Of a stretch of 64,000 nucleotides of DNA, positions 51,870-64,000 are shown one piece after another. The notes under the pieces were generated by a model. It was given only the letters and a program-made list of their open reading frames with translations. It was not told the origin of the DNA and did no database searches. Position 1 is the first letter of the stretch, and each line of letters begins with the position of its first letter. The translations under genes and the position numbers were made by a program. Source of the stretch: Lama glama (taxonomy: Eukaryota); the NCBI GenBank assembly GCA_028534125.1, contig CM052816.1:124001-188000 (forward strand), in the 5' to 3' direction.

Positions 51870-52256
51870 TTTGTATTCTATGTCTGTGAGTCTGTTTCTG
51901 TTTTATATTTAAGTTCATTTGTCTTTTTTTTTTTCAGGTTCCACACATGAGTGATCTTATATGGTATTTTTCTTTCTCTTTCTGGCTTACTTCACTTAGA
52001 ATGACATTCTCCAGGGACATCCATGTTGCTGCAAATGGCATTATGTTGTCATTTTTATGGCTGAATAGTATTCCATTGTATAAATATACCACAACTTCTT
52101 TATCCAGTCATCTGTCGATGGACATTTAGGCTGTCTCCATGTCTTGGTTATTGTAAATAGTGCTGCTATGAACATTGGGGTGCAGGTGTCTTTTTGAATT
52201 AGGGTTCCCTCTGGTTATATGTCCTAGAGTGGGATTGCTGGGTCATATGGTAAGTC
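51870..52256 (-). mobile_element. L1 3' region, truncated by the assembly gap
   Basis: Reverse complement matches the 48.7 kb copy (ccatgttgctgcaaatggcatt, ggctgaatagtattccattg). Confidence 0.85.
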
Positions 52257-55083
52257 TCTCCAGCCAAATGGATTCATTTTTAAAGGGACTCCCCCAAACC
52301 TCTGCAGAAGCTCTCTAGGGACTCCGGAGGGCAGGAAACCCAGCCCACCAGGTACCTCCCTCACCTTCCATCCACGGGGCCCAGCTCAGAAAGATGAGCA
52401 CACACAAACCAATTGCGTTCTCCTGTGGACAACCCCCACACCATACATACCCCTTCCGTCCTGGCCATTAGCTGTTCAGGTTTCTGTCACAGGGCCTTCA
52501 GAATTCAAATCTTGGAGGAACTGACTCTTGCATGAAACACGTAAGGTCCAAACACACAAGTATCAGGGAGACTGAGACCCCAATCCTGCCTCGACTCCCT
52601 CCAGGGAACTAGGGAGAGTTGCACTGTAAGGCTCACTAAGCCTCTTGGCCCGGAAGGCAAAGACAGACGTTTCCAGGGGGCACTGGGTGAGACCACGGCC
52701 CCCCCAGCACTGGGCAGAGCCCTGGACAACCAGAGTATATGGTAGTGTTGCCATTTCAAAGAGCCTTACGGAAGTCATCTGCTCTGACAGCCTGCCTTTC
52801 TTTACATGGAGAACCTTCCAGAGAGACAACAGAAGGTAAAAATTGGACCAGTGATCTGGACTGCAGAGAAGTTGAGTTTCTAGCTTTCACTATGATAAAA
52901 AAGCAACTATTAAGTGAAAATCAACAAAGAGCCGAAAGTGAGGTGTCCTCCCCGGGCCCACCAGCACATGCTTCCCACGAGTAAGTAACTTCAGTTCTGT
53001 AGAAATGAAACGAAAATAGTATTTGTTTTCTTTTAAGTTATATGAATTTTTCCCAAGAGCTACTAATTATTACATTGTTTAGACCTAATTACTTGCTAAA
53101 CAAAACTTTGGCACTTTTTCTTTTTTTTTTTTTTTGGCCTGTGACACTGAAAAGATGACTGCACGTGGACAGAAAGTCTGCCTCAGAGCGCAGACACTCC
53201 AACCCTGGGGAGCAGGTGTCCCAGGAGGATATCTCCTGCACAGCGCCTCAGGGAAGCTTCCAGAACGGGCTTAGAACCAAACGGGCCTGGGGGCAGGAAG
53301 AGTACCCTTTCTTCTGACCCCAGACTCTCATCCTGTCTGCTTGTGGCCCCTCTGAGGTCACAGCTGCAGGACTCCCCAGCCTCCAGCCCCTGGCTGCCCA
53401 GAGCCCTTCCTGCCTCCCCTCAGCTTTTTGGAAAAGAAAGAAGTGAACGAATGATTAGCTGGTTAGTGTCTGAAAGTTGGTGTATAAAAGCCTGGCTCCC
53501 GACCCCGGTACCTGATACCTAACAGGCAGGGATTCAAATGCCATAGATGGGGGCTCACTACCTCAGAAAGCAAAGTGCCCGCTCATCTGTCTTCCTGCCC
53601 CCACCCCGAACCCCATCAAACACACCAGTCTTTGCCCTCCTCCCTGCCACCCATCTCCCAGCAGGGACCACCAAATTTCCTGGGACTGTGCCTTCCTTCC
53701 CTTCCTGGACTATTCTGGAAGGAACATAGCCCCATGGGGCCTCTGAATGCCTATGGTGGAACAAGAACAAAAAAAACCCACATCTTTTCTCCAGGGTCAT
53801 CCTTAAATGAGAATGTTGAATCAGACCTGTGACCATGGGTCAGTTATGGAAGCTCCCTCTGTGAAACAGCAGAGGGCGCTGCCTGGAAGTCACCCTCCCC
53901 ATCATCTTCAGGGAGGGTGCCAAGCAGCGGTGTGGAGCAGACACACCACACCACAGGGTTGACTCTATCCTCAAGTCAGGTTGCAGAATTTCCATTTGAA
54001 TATCAGCAATCAGGAAAGAATTCCACTCACTCAGCTATGATAGAAACATCTCCCTCCGACATCTGCATTCCTCTCTATGCCAGTTTGGAAGTAGTTCCCA
54101 TTCCCATGCTCCTGGGCTTCTGGGAAACAGTCTCAGGGGGCATCTCTGATGCCCAGAAAATGGGGTGGGGCCACTGTCTGCCCCTGCCACAACCTCTATA
54201 TGAGCCTCACAGGGTCTTTGGAGGGCTGGCAACCCCTGCCATCTGGACTCAGGTGCCACCACGCCAGGAGTCCCTCTGAGGTCCTGCCACCCATCTAAGG
54301 ATCCCCGCTCCCCCTCCTCTCTGCGTTCAAATGGGTTGTTTGGGGTCAAGGCTTTCAAAAAACCCACAAGGTGGGGGCAAAGAAGGAGCCCCGTGCAAGA
54401 TCAGCACGTGGAAAGGGCCAGCTCTGGAAGCCCCCAGCCCAGTGCCACCTAACACACAGCTTGCTCGGGCTGCAGCTCTCCCAAAGGCACACTGTAATGC
54501 ACATCTTCATTAAAGAACAGGAGTCCTCACCTGGGAGCAGAATCGAGGCAGTTCTCAGCTCCCCACCTCTCTTCCTGCACCATGGAAGGTTGCCCGAGCT
54601 CAGGGTCAAGCTCACTCTGCCTCCCAGCCACCTGGCATAGGCAGAGAGTAGGGACTGAATGAGGGAGAAGCAAGCAACGGAAGGAGACTAGAGGGGCCTG
54701 GCAGGGGAGGTGGCAGGAGGCAGGACTGAGGGGACAGCACTCACCTGCTCCATTCTCTGCAGAGCCCATCACGGCGGGACAGCTGTCCTTCAGGAGGGTA
54801 CAGCCACCCCCTTTGTGTGTGAGGAGCCAGCAGCCTCTTGGGGAAAACTCCTCATAGCTCTAATCCCAGGGCCCCACAGTTGGGGAGGCGGGGGTAGGAG
54901 TCTGCTGCCTTGGCATTGGCCCCCACCCCACTCCCACAGCCCAGGTTCCCAGTAATGCTATAATTGGGTGGGATTTTCGCTGAGAGAGAGGGGAAGTCCA
55001 GAGGAGGATGAGCCAGCTCCCAACCTACCCACCCCGCCTCATTCCAGAATTCTTCCTTCCTTCCCTCTGCGGGTGAGGGGATG

Positions 55084-55141
55084 CAGTGACTCAGAGGAGG
55101 GGTAGAAGGACCCAGTGACTCAGAGGAGGGGTAGAAGGACC
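55084..55141. repeat. Perfect 29-bp tandem duplication
   Basis: cagtgactcagaggaggggtagaaggacc twice, at 55084-55112 and 55113-55141. Confidence 0.95.
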
Positions 55142-56877
55142 GGGCATGCGTAGACTCAGCTGGATCCCATTGGCAGTGGGGAGGAAGAGGAACATTCCTT
55201 GAAAGAGAATGGCTCTCGCTACACATCGAAGAAGGGGCTCCTAACACAGTCACTGAGGTGACCCCTGGTCCAGAGTCCACAGGACCCCACAGGCTCCCTT
55301 TGCAAATAGGGGAACGAAGGTTGATGGGGGCAACGTGATGCGGGGTGCAGCCTGCCTCTTGTTTTCCAGCCCAGTGCTAACACTGGAGGGTTGTTGAGCC
55401 ACTCCCTACCTCAAGAAGCAGCCACTTGCCAGCTCAAGGTCTCTCCGTGGGGGCCCCCACACTCTGCAGGTCACATGGTGAGGCAAGGCTCAGGGGCTGT
55501 GGAGGAGCAGATGGTCCACATGAGGAGAGACATCATAGAAGAGCCTGCAGTTGGGATTTTTATTCACAGTTCTGCTCGCCTCAACTGCAAAACAGTGGCA
55601 TGGATCCCCGCTGCCCTTTCCTCCTAGAGTCATTGAAACTGATGGGATCTCCCACTGGCACGGGGCTGGCACAAGGTGGGGAAGCTGGGGAGATTTCTCA
55701 ACTTCGATGATTTTCCTCTCCCCAAATCACCCTGGCCCCTGTCTCCCTGGGCTACAGACAGATATGCAAACAGAGCTTTGCAGTGGGCTGGGAGCTGGAC
55801 AACTGACTGGCCACTCTTTGTGACCTTGGATAAGTCGCCTTCCCTCTCTGATCTTACCTTTCCTCATCAGCAAAAATCATAAGGCTTACCTAAGTTGTCA
55901 GAAATCCCTTCTGGTTTAAGAGGCTAGCAGCCCTCGGCAGACTCCGCGGTCTGTGGCCCAGAGTGAGGGCGCTCACAGCCCAAAGCGCCCAAGCTGCCAA
56001 TTCCCTTCTCTGGGGGGTGCGGGGAGAAAGTGGAGGCGTCAACACCTGGGCCCTAAGAAGAGGCAGACTGTTTCCCAATAGTGCCCTTCAGACACGTGGC
56101 TGCACCCTACACGCCCACCCTGCAGCTGTCCCCAGACAGGCCACCTCCATCCTGGCCGCTCGCCGTCCGCCCAGCTCCCAGCGGACCAGCAAGATGTAGC
56201 TCGAAGAGCCAGCCTCGAACGAACGGACCTCTCTAGCAAGGAGATGGACGAAAGGGAGCCGCAGCCCGACCACCTTGGGGCCAAGGGACAGAGCGCGCGA
56301 TAGAGCAGGAGCGAGAGCGGGACAGCGCGTCCCACGGTGAGCGCAGGGTGCGCGGGCCTCCAAACCTAACGCCCTTGAGTCCTGCGGGGGCGCGACCCGG
56401 GAGCTCAGAAGGGACACCTGCGGACCATGCACTCCCGGATACCCGCCGGCCGCCAGGCCAGATGCCCCTCTGGCGGAGCGCAACCCTCGGAGCCGGCGCA
56501 CACGCGCACCCCCGCGCACCCCGCGGCCACGGGAGGGGCCAGCGCCGCCGCCGCCGCTCTAGCTCCTAGGGCCCCGCCCGCCCCCTGCCCCGCCCCGCCC
56601 CGGCCCCGGCCCCGGCCCCGGCGGGCGCCCCCCGCGGCGCTGCCCCGCCCCCGCCGTCCCGCGCCGCCCCGGGCCCCGGCCCGCCGCCCGGCCGCCGGCC
56701 CACCTGGCGCAGCACCGCCCTCGGAGCCCGCGCACCCGCGCACACCCGCGCACCCCGCGCACCCCGCGGCCGCAGGAGGGCCCAGCGCCGCCACCCGCGA
56801 GCTCCCAGGGCCCGGCCCGCTCCGGCGCCCGCGCTCTCGGGGTGGACTCCTGGCCCTCCGAGATCTCCCGCCCGGCG

Positions 56878-56948
56878 ATGGCCCCGCTCGGATATTTCAT
56901 ATTCCTCTACGGCCTGAAGCAAGCGCTGGGCAACTACCCGATCTGGTG
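56878..56948 (+). CDS. WNT3A: Wnt-3a coding exon 1 (MAPLGYFIFLYGLKQALGNYPIW(W)); remaining exons lie beyond the window
   Basis: GGCGATGG Kozak context; translation matches the recognisable WNT3A N-terminus MAPLGYF...LKQALGxYPIWW; donor TG|GTGAGT; 71 nt; divergent from WNT9A as expected. Confidence 0.95.
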
Positions 56949-57325
56949 GTGAGTGACTCTTCCTCACGTTCGCCCCAGCGTCTGTGAGTACCCCGGCCGC
57001 CGTCCCCTCGGGCAGGGCCCCGCGGTGGCCCAGAGCCCGCGCTCTGCCCTGCCCTCCTGTTCCCCGGGTGGTTTGTTTTCCTTGGCGGCCACTTTCGACC
57101 TGTTCGGGCCGGGGCTGGGACGCGGGTGGCGGAGTTTCCGGGGACATCGATCCCTCGGGCATAGAGGGGCCCGGCGTCGGACGGGGCGAGCAGTGGGCTG
57201 GGGAGAGGCGGGGAGTGGGTCCTCACAGATGGCACGAACGCTCGGGCAGCAGGAGGCCAAGAAAAGTCGGGAGGGCGAGATAAGGAGAGGAGATTAGCCG
57301 GAGACTTTCTTTAAGGACGTGTCTT

Positions 57326-57373
57326 ACACACACACACACACACACACGCACGCACGCACACAGACACACACAC
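57326..57373. repeat. (CA)n microsatellite in WNT3A intron 1
   Basis: acacacacacacacacacacacgcacgcacgcaca. Confidence 0.9.
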
Positions 57374-57941
57374 AAAACACACCTTAAAACAAAGTCAGGG
57401 AGACAAGACCGAACAGAACAGCTCGGAGCAGCGCAGTTACGTAAAGACTGCGGGGACGCGGCCGGGAGTGTCAGGAGCAGGAGGGCCGGCCTTCCCGCCG
57501 CTGTCCGGACCGTGATGGTAAGGAGGGGCTTCTGGAGAGGTGAAGAGGGAGAAAGCATTGCGTTTGAGGGCTCCTGAGCGAGAGGCTCCTCGAATCCATA
57601 TTGAGAAGTCTGGGGTGCACCGTCCTCCACTCCAGTCAAGACAGATCCCGGTGAGACCGTCCTAAATGTGGCGATGGAAGTGCAGATAAACCAAGGGAAG
57701 GAGCCCCAGGATCTACAGCACAAATCGTGCAGGTGGAGGGAAGTCAAGGTTACCATCCCTACGGGCAGCTATTCGGCAGAGTCCCTAAAGGCAAGGGCCA
57801 CGCCAGCTCGCCGAGGGAGAGGGAAGGGCGCCCTGAGATGCCCAAGATTTGACGAACACAACTCGGGGGAACGCGGGAGCCGAAGGGCCTGAGTGCGTCG
57901 CTGGAGGAGACCCAGACAGGAGAGAAGCCTCTCCACAAACA

Positions 57942-57978
57942 TGCGCGCGCGCGCGGACACACACACACACACACACAC
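57942..57978. repeat. (GC)n(AC)n compound microsatellite
   Basis: tgcgcgcgcgcgcggacacacacacacacacacacac. Confidence 0.9.
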
Positions 57979-60900
57979 CCAGGAACTCTCTCCGACGGCT
58001 TGCCTGGAATTATAATAATTACGCCGAGGGGAAGTTGGGGGTGGGGGGAGAGACTGAGTGCGCCGAAGTACATCTAATCCGATAATAATTTTTCTCTTCG
58101 AGATGGTTCAGGAGCTGGGGCGCCCCGGGTGTGGGGCGCGGGTCCAGGCGCAGCCTGGCGGGACTGGGCGGGGCGAGAAGGCGGCCCCGGCGGGTACCGG
58201 GGCCTGAGAGCGATGGCAGGGCGGCGGGCACGCGCTTCGGGGACCCCCGCGCGTCCGGCACCCGCGCGGCACCTGCAGCGCCTGGTCGCCTTCCGGAGCG
58301 CCGGCTGCAGCGGGCGTGCCTTCGGACGCGGGGACACTGACGCCCGGGGAACCAAAGAGAGCCCCGCGGCCGCCAGCTCCCGCGCAGGCTTCTAATTAGA
58401 ACCCGCCGCCGCCGCATTCCTGGGCGCTAGTGGAAGCGCCGTCGCCCCCGCGCTTCTTCTGTAAAGAAGGGCCTTGCCACCAGCCTCTGGCCACCCTGGG
58501 CCGTGGAATCGTCCTCCTGTTGGCGCCGAGGGTCCCTGGCCGTACTCCCCTCAACACACATATGCCACTGTCTCCACCTGGGCCATCTGTGTTCCATCTG
58601 AAAGGATCCTGAGATAGGCTGGGTGCGTCCGGCATTCTTCAGGTAGAGTTGGGAGGGGCGTCCTCTCCCCACCCCCCTCCATCTCAGTGACCCACCCAGT
58701 CAAGAGTCTAGAGCAGCCCTTTGGCCCCAGAAATGAAGAGGGTGCCTGGGACGCCCACTTTGCTCTCCATGGGATTCGCACTCTCCGTGATTGTTTCCTG
58801 AGAAATGTCTCTGGTGGACGCAACCTCAAAGTTCACTGAGGATCAGCAATTTCCTCTCCTCCCTCCTCTCTGCCCCCAGGCCAGCCGGACGCAGGAAGGA
58901 CATGGTCTCTCCACAGCGCACATAGGCAGCGTAAAGAGGAGGGCTCACAGAAAAAAAAGAAATGGAGTTTAATAGCAGGCAGAAGGCTTTCTATCTTCGC
59001 ACCATACCTGGTGGAGTTTCCCACAGGTGGCTTCTACTTCCTCTGGCCACCCTTCCCCCCAGCAGCCCAGTCAGGCCTGGGACCAAACCTCTCTGTATAA
59101 GTTCTCACCTTCACACTCAGCCTCCCTAATTGGCATTCTGTTTCACCTTCCCTCCCCCAAATGAAGCCACTGCTACCATCCCTTCTTCCCCCCACCCCAG
59201 CCCCTCGCATATGAAAGTGGAAGTGACAGGGACTTCCTCACCTGGAGAAACAAGGAAACAGCCCAAATTGGGAGTAATTAGGCTTTGAAGTTGGTGTGGT
59301 CTTGGTGGGAGGGTGGAGGGGGAGGGAGTGGTGCTGCATCCTCGGGGAATTTAAAGAGCCAACTGCCTCCCCAGGAGCGTCTCGGAAGGTCCTTCATCCT
59401 AGACGCTCAAGGTCCAAAGGCGGGTCCCAGCAGAGGCAGACAGCCCTAGACCACACGATGAGGGCTGTGGAGACCTCCAAGAGCATGTGCTCTGGGCTCC
59501 TTGTGTGACAGTAGGGGTTGGGGGGGGATCCAGAGAAGGGACCTGGGAAGTGACAGGACCTGGGCATCTGACCCCAGAGGCACAGCATGGCCAGCCACCA
59601 GTGTCCCATAGTACTGCAGACCTACAGGGAGGCGCCGGCCCCCACTCATCACTCTCCTTGTCCAGACTGAATTCTTGCTTAATTAAATCGGAAGGGTCCA
59701 TGTGAACACAGAACAGGCATCATGATGAAGGGGGACACACAGAACCCTTGAAGGGCAATACCTAGTAGGTACCAGTGCTGCGTGATGTGCTTTGGGCATC
59801 TTCATCCCGCTTTCCGTGTCTAGGCTGATGGCATCCTGTAATCCCCCGTCATCTAGCCAGGGGCCCTGGAGGTCAGCCTCTTTTCTCCCTTGTCCCCTCG
59901 CCAAGGCCCCTCCATTTCCCCCACCAGGCTGCACTGCTCCATTCCCACCATCTTCTGCCTTTCTCCTCATCACCCCCTCACCCTCCACTCCAGTGCACAC
60001 TCTCACTGCTGCTGGAGTTACAGCACGATGGTCAGCTGCTGTCCTGCCTCTACCTGCCAGAGAGCCCTCCCTGCCTTTCCTTGTCAGGACCCCCTTCCTG
60101 CCAGTCTCTGCTGGACCTCGGGCTCCCCAGCCCTGAGTGGTCCCTGGAGTGGGCATCACCCACAGATGTGAGGCCACACCCAGTCTTCTCCCACCCCTGG
60201 ACCAGCTCAGTAGCCTGAGACATGATCCCAGTGCAGCATTCCCTGGTTCTTCCCCCTTTCACTGCCTGTTCACCCTCCTCCCTAGCCCCCTGCACCCCCC
60301 CATTCATGTGCAAGCAGACACCCTGCTCTGAGCTTGGTCCCGGCCCCAAGGAAGGCCAACTTAGCCATCACCTGCCCCTAGCCTCCAGAGTCTCCTCTCT
60401 GCACAGCTCTCCCTGGTGCCAGACCCACCAGGTCCTCACTCACAGGGTCTTCTCAGTCTGAAGTGGGACACAGGCTTCCCTGAGTGGGTCCCACTCTTTG
60501 TAGGGTGCCGGTGCACGCTGAGTTCAGGGCCAGTGAACAGGAGCTCTGGAGGCACTACCCAGGACCCACAGCCTCAAAAGGCAGGTGAGGTGGGCGAGGA
60601 GGAGGGAGAAGAGGAGGGCTAAGTGACCACGCAGGGTGAGAGATTGCCCATGTCAGATGACGCGGGACCTGGGGGAGCTGGGCAAGGCTCTGAGTCTTCT
60701 CAGACAGGCAGGACCCAGGCAAGCAAGACTTCCTGAGCCGCCCTGCCGCTGTGCACCTGTACTCCTAAGAGACCCTCCCCAGGACAGCCCTCTCTCCAAT
60801 CCTTTCTCCTCACCCTGCCCTGTTTGTCTGTTTATCTCTATCTGTCTCTCTACCTCTCTGTGTCTGTCTGTCTGCCTCTGTCTGTCTCTGTCTCTCTCCC

Positions 60901-63900
60901 TGCCTCTCTGCAACCCTGAGGCTGCACTACCAATGGTAGTGGTAGCCCACAGAGCTAGAGAAATTCAGACACCAGCTCAACACCCCCAGTAATCTCAGGG
61001 TGCTGGGAATGATACTCCTCCACAGAACCACCAGTGGACATCTTTTAATGAAGAGCTATGTTAGAAATGACCGCAGGTAAAATACATACGGTCAGAAAAC
61101 TTGTTCTATACCACTAAGTCAAATATCCATCACCATCAAGAGAGAAAAAAAAAAAAGCCCACCATAGCACATGCTCCTTCCAGAGCACAGAAATATCACT
61201 TACCTCTCACGTCCGGCTCTCTCTGACTTGCCCACCAAACCCCCAGGACTCTGCCGAGTGAAGCAACTTCTCCCAGGCTGGCTAAGCCTGCATTTCACTG
61301 GGCTTGCTGTCTTTTATTAAAAATGATTTTGCTTTATTTGCACAAACCTGCTAGAATTCTTTGTGACAGGGAAGAGGGTGAGAAGATGCAATCATGGAGG
61401 AAGAGTGTGGAGGGGCTGTAAAATCGCCCTTTCCCCAGGCAGTCCCCAGCATGCATCTCCAGTCTGCAGGGACAAGGACTGCCCTGTCCAGGAGGGCCTC
61501 TGCCCCTTTTAAGTGTGCTTGAAGGGCTGGGGCCACTTGAGACGTGTCAGGGGAAGACCCCGCTGCTGTTTGCTGTGTGCGGCGGTTGAGGAAAGGCTTC
61601 TGTATATTTCCAGTGAAGGCTGGGAGCAGAGGCTACTGGTGGCAAGGAAGCAGATTTTGGCTCAGTTATAGGGAAGGCTTCCTGGATCTGAGAGTGATGC
61701 CATTACCGGTGTTTGGAAGGTGGTGAGCTGCCCATCCCTGGAGGGGTAGAAACAGGGGCTGAGGAAGGAACAGCCTGCCCCAGGTTGGGGGTTCCCATGG
61801 ACAGCTCAGTGGCTGAGAATCTGAGATTGACAAGGCTCAGCTCCTCCTCCCACCCCCAACGTGGTCAGCACTGCAGCTAACAGTCCTGGTAAGTCCCCCA
61901 AACTCCACCATGCACAGTTGGAACTTTGGTTCATGAACTTTGGTTCACGGTTACTGTCACACACACACACTACACGTGTCGGGGGTCCTGGGTGAAGCCT
62001 TGCAGAGAAGCCCCTGGCACAGACATGGAGCCATGGCCCCATCCTGGGGTTCCTTTCCGCTCACCACCAGCAGCGTGTCCTCCCCACCTCGCGCGCCTGT
62101 ATCCCATCACACTTCCCCCAGCCTGGCTCAGCTGGTCCCAGAGTTGGCCATGCCCCACTCCTCACTCCTCACCAGGCTGAAATGTATGTGGTCAGGTGTC
62201 ACGGAGAGGTGGGTCCAGCCAGGCTGCCTGCTCCCAGTGGGACCTGCCCCTCCCTTTGTAGAATTTCCACAAGGATGGCACCTGTATCACCAGGCTATGA
62301 AGTCCCATGGAGTATTCGCTCTCCTTCCTCCCCTCTGGACCCCTTGTAGCTGCTAGATAAGATTTTGTTGAACAAATGAATAAAGGAATGAATGAATGGA
62401 ACCTTTCCTATGAAAAACAGAAAGTGTATCAGATGGCCTGTGCTTGGGGACATAAGGACACAGCTAACTGTTTTTAAACCTCCCCCCCCCGACTGAGCCC
62501 CCCGGCTCTGGGGCTGGGTCCTCCTGATAGACCTCGGCAGCTCTGCCTTGGTCTCCCTCCCTTCCTCTCCAGGTGACACCCTGGAGGTGTCTCACACTTT
62601 GGTGCTTCCACATTCCTTCCCCAACGAAACGTGCCGCTGCCGCCCAGGGAAGCGGGCAAAAGCATGGCCGCGGGCACGGGAGCCTCTGCCCGCCTGCTGG
62701 GACTTGCGCAAAGTATGTGTCAGTAATCCCAGCTCGGCCCGGTGGGGCAGGAGGGGGTGCTGGGAGGGCTGCAGGCAGGGCTGTGCCGCCCAGGGGCTGG
62801 GAAGGGGTGGCCCCCAAGACCAGGGACCCAGGTCTTAGAACCCCTCCCCACAGGTCTTCTTATTGCAGAAGGTGCTCTAACCTCTGGGGCGAGGTCTTCC
62901 AGGTAGGAAAGAGAGAGCGTGGATGCATGTGGGCCCTTCCTAGAGACCTCACAGCAGAGAGAAAGAGAAGACAGAGCCTGGAAGGCCTTGGGCCAGGTCA
63001 GCACCCCTGGGGGAGTCTCGGTCCTGGGAGCCTCCGGGACAGCTCCATACAGAAAGGGCCGAGCCTACCCATCAAGCCATCTACCCACACGGCAACCAGC
63101 CCCACACTCAGTACCTCCAGTCTGAGGACAAAAACCTGGTCCAGCTGTGGAGAGCTGTGGAGAGTCTTGGGGGCAGGACAATCCTCATGTGTCAGCAAGA
63201 GGGAGACATTTGGGACCAGCCAGAGCCCTCCTTGGTAGGGACCCTGCAGGCAGGGTGGGCAACAGAGGCCACCAGATCAGAACTGGACAGAGATCTGTGC
63301 CCTTGAAGGACAAGAGAAGATGTGACCTTGCTCTCCAGGGTCGGCCCCTCTGGCCCAGACACGAGAGGATGTGCAGGCGGAGGCGGCAAGCTTCAGCAGG
63401 ATCCAGAGAGGGCGGCCAGCTAGGCTGGGAGCACAGAGCACTTCCTGGAGAGATGGCCCTGGATGACGTGTTGGTAGAATGTGCCCCGCCGAGGTGTGGC
63501 TGGAGCCATCGTGCCCATTTCTCCCTCCCCTCCAGGAGCCTCTGATTGAGTGTGGTCCGCTACCTCCTTGGCCAGACGGGGAAACTGAGGCTCAGGAGGG
63601 GCAGATAGAAGCAGTTATATCAGTGAATGATACAGCTGTTGCCCCCACCCTGCCTCCAGCCCTAGCCAAGCCCTCCCTGTGTAGAACCCCTCTCTCTTTG
63701 AGGAACTGTGCTCTTTGAGAATCCCAGCTCTCCCCTCAAAATGCACACAGCCACAGGCAAGGGCAGAGCTGTGCCTACAGGTCATGGATACCTTGTGTTT
63801 GCTGAATTTTCTTACAGAAAGAAATCAGACTAGAACTCAAGAAACCTAAAAGGCTGCCACCCCATTAAGACCTGCCTGGTAACGGTACACAGGCATTTAG

Positions 63901-64000
63901 CCTCTCTGATTGTGTGTTTGCCCGCGGTGGAGCCGGGAGCGGACAGGGGTTGTGGGGGAGAAGGGACTGCCTTTGCTCCCAGCCTCCGTCCACAAGGAGC

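Larger units (their letters stand above)
56150..58550. promoter_or_regulatory. CpG island / WNT3A promoter and proximal intron 1
   Basis: CpG-dense; clustered CCCCGCCC GC boxes at 56570-56700 upstream of the WNT3A ATG. Confidence 0.88.

Noticed and set aside
51303..51950. 215-aa and 186-aa ORFs spanning the gap
   Set aside because: Artefacts of the N run
56405..57162. Long Pro/Ala/Arg-rich ORFs at the second CpG island
   Set aside because: GC-content artefacts; the true WNT3A exon is in a short frame not listed in the track
57000..64000. WNT3A exon 2
   Set aside because: No SLAVGPQYSSL-like coding sequence seen; it probably lies beyond the window

Overview
Mammalian genomic DNA, very probably camelid (two tRNA-derived SINEs resembling Vic-1), covering the head-to-head WNT9A/WNT3A cluster. 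WNT9A is complete on the minus strand: 4 coding exons at 39954-39860, 20801-20545, 19767-19505 and 17307-16825 give 1098 nt (365 aa plus stop), followed by a ~2.9 kb 3'UTR ending near 13900. WNT3A starts on the plus strand (coding exon 1 at 56878-56948, missed by the ORF track) and continues past the window. Both promoters lie in CpG islands. The rest is intronic or intergenic DNA with L1, MaLR, L2 and MIR remnants, simple repeats and a 500-N gap. Most notable: (1) a 79-bp tandem array built from the last 15 codons, stop and start of the 3'UTR of WNT9A, which places the C-terminal peptide plus TGA in all three frames; (2) a GC-AG intron 3; (3) a strong-context overlapping uORF in WNT9A; (4) a ~31-bp phased AP-1/AGGTCA array in intron 1; (5) a duplicated WNT3A core-promoter block; (6) two miR-140-5p 8mers and a let-7 8mer in the 3'UTR; (7) a chimeric L1 insertion bounded by a 16-bp TSD. 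Nearly all listed ORFs are GC-content artefacts. Repeat-family names come from recognition by eye, not from a database search.
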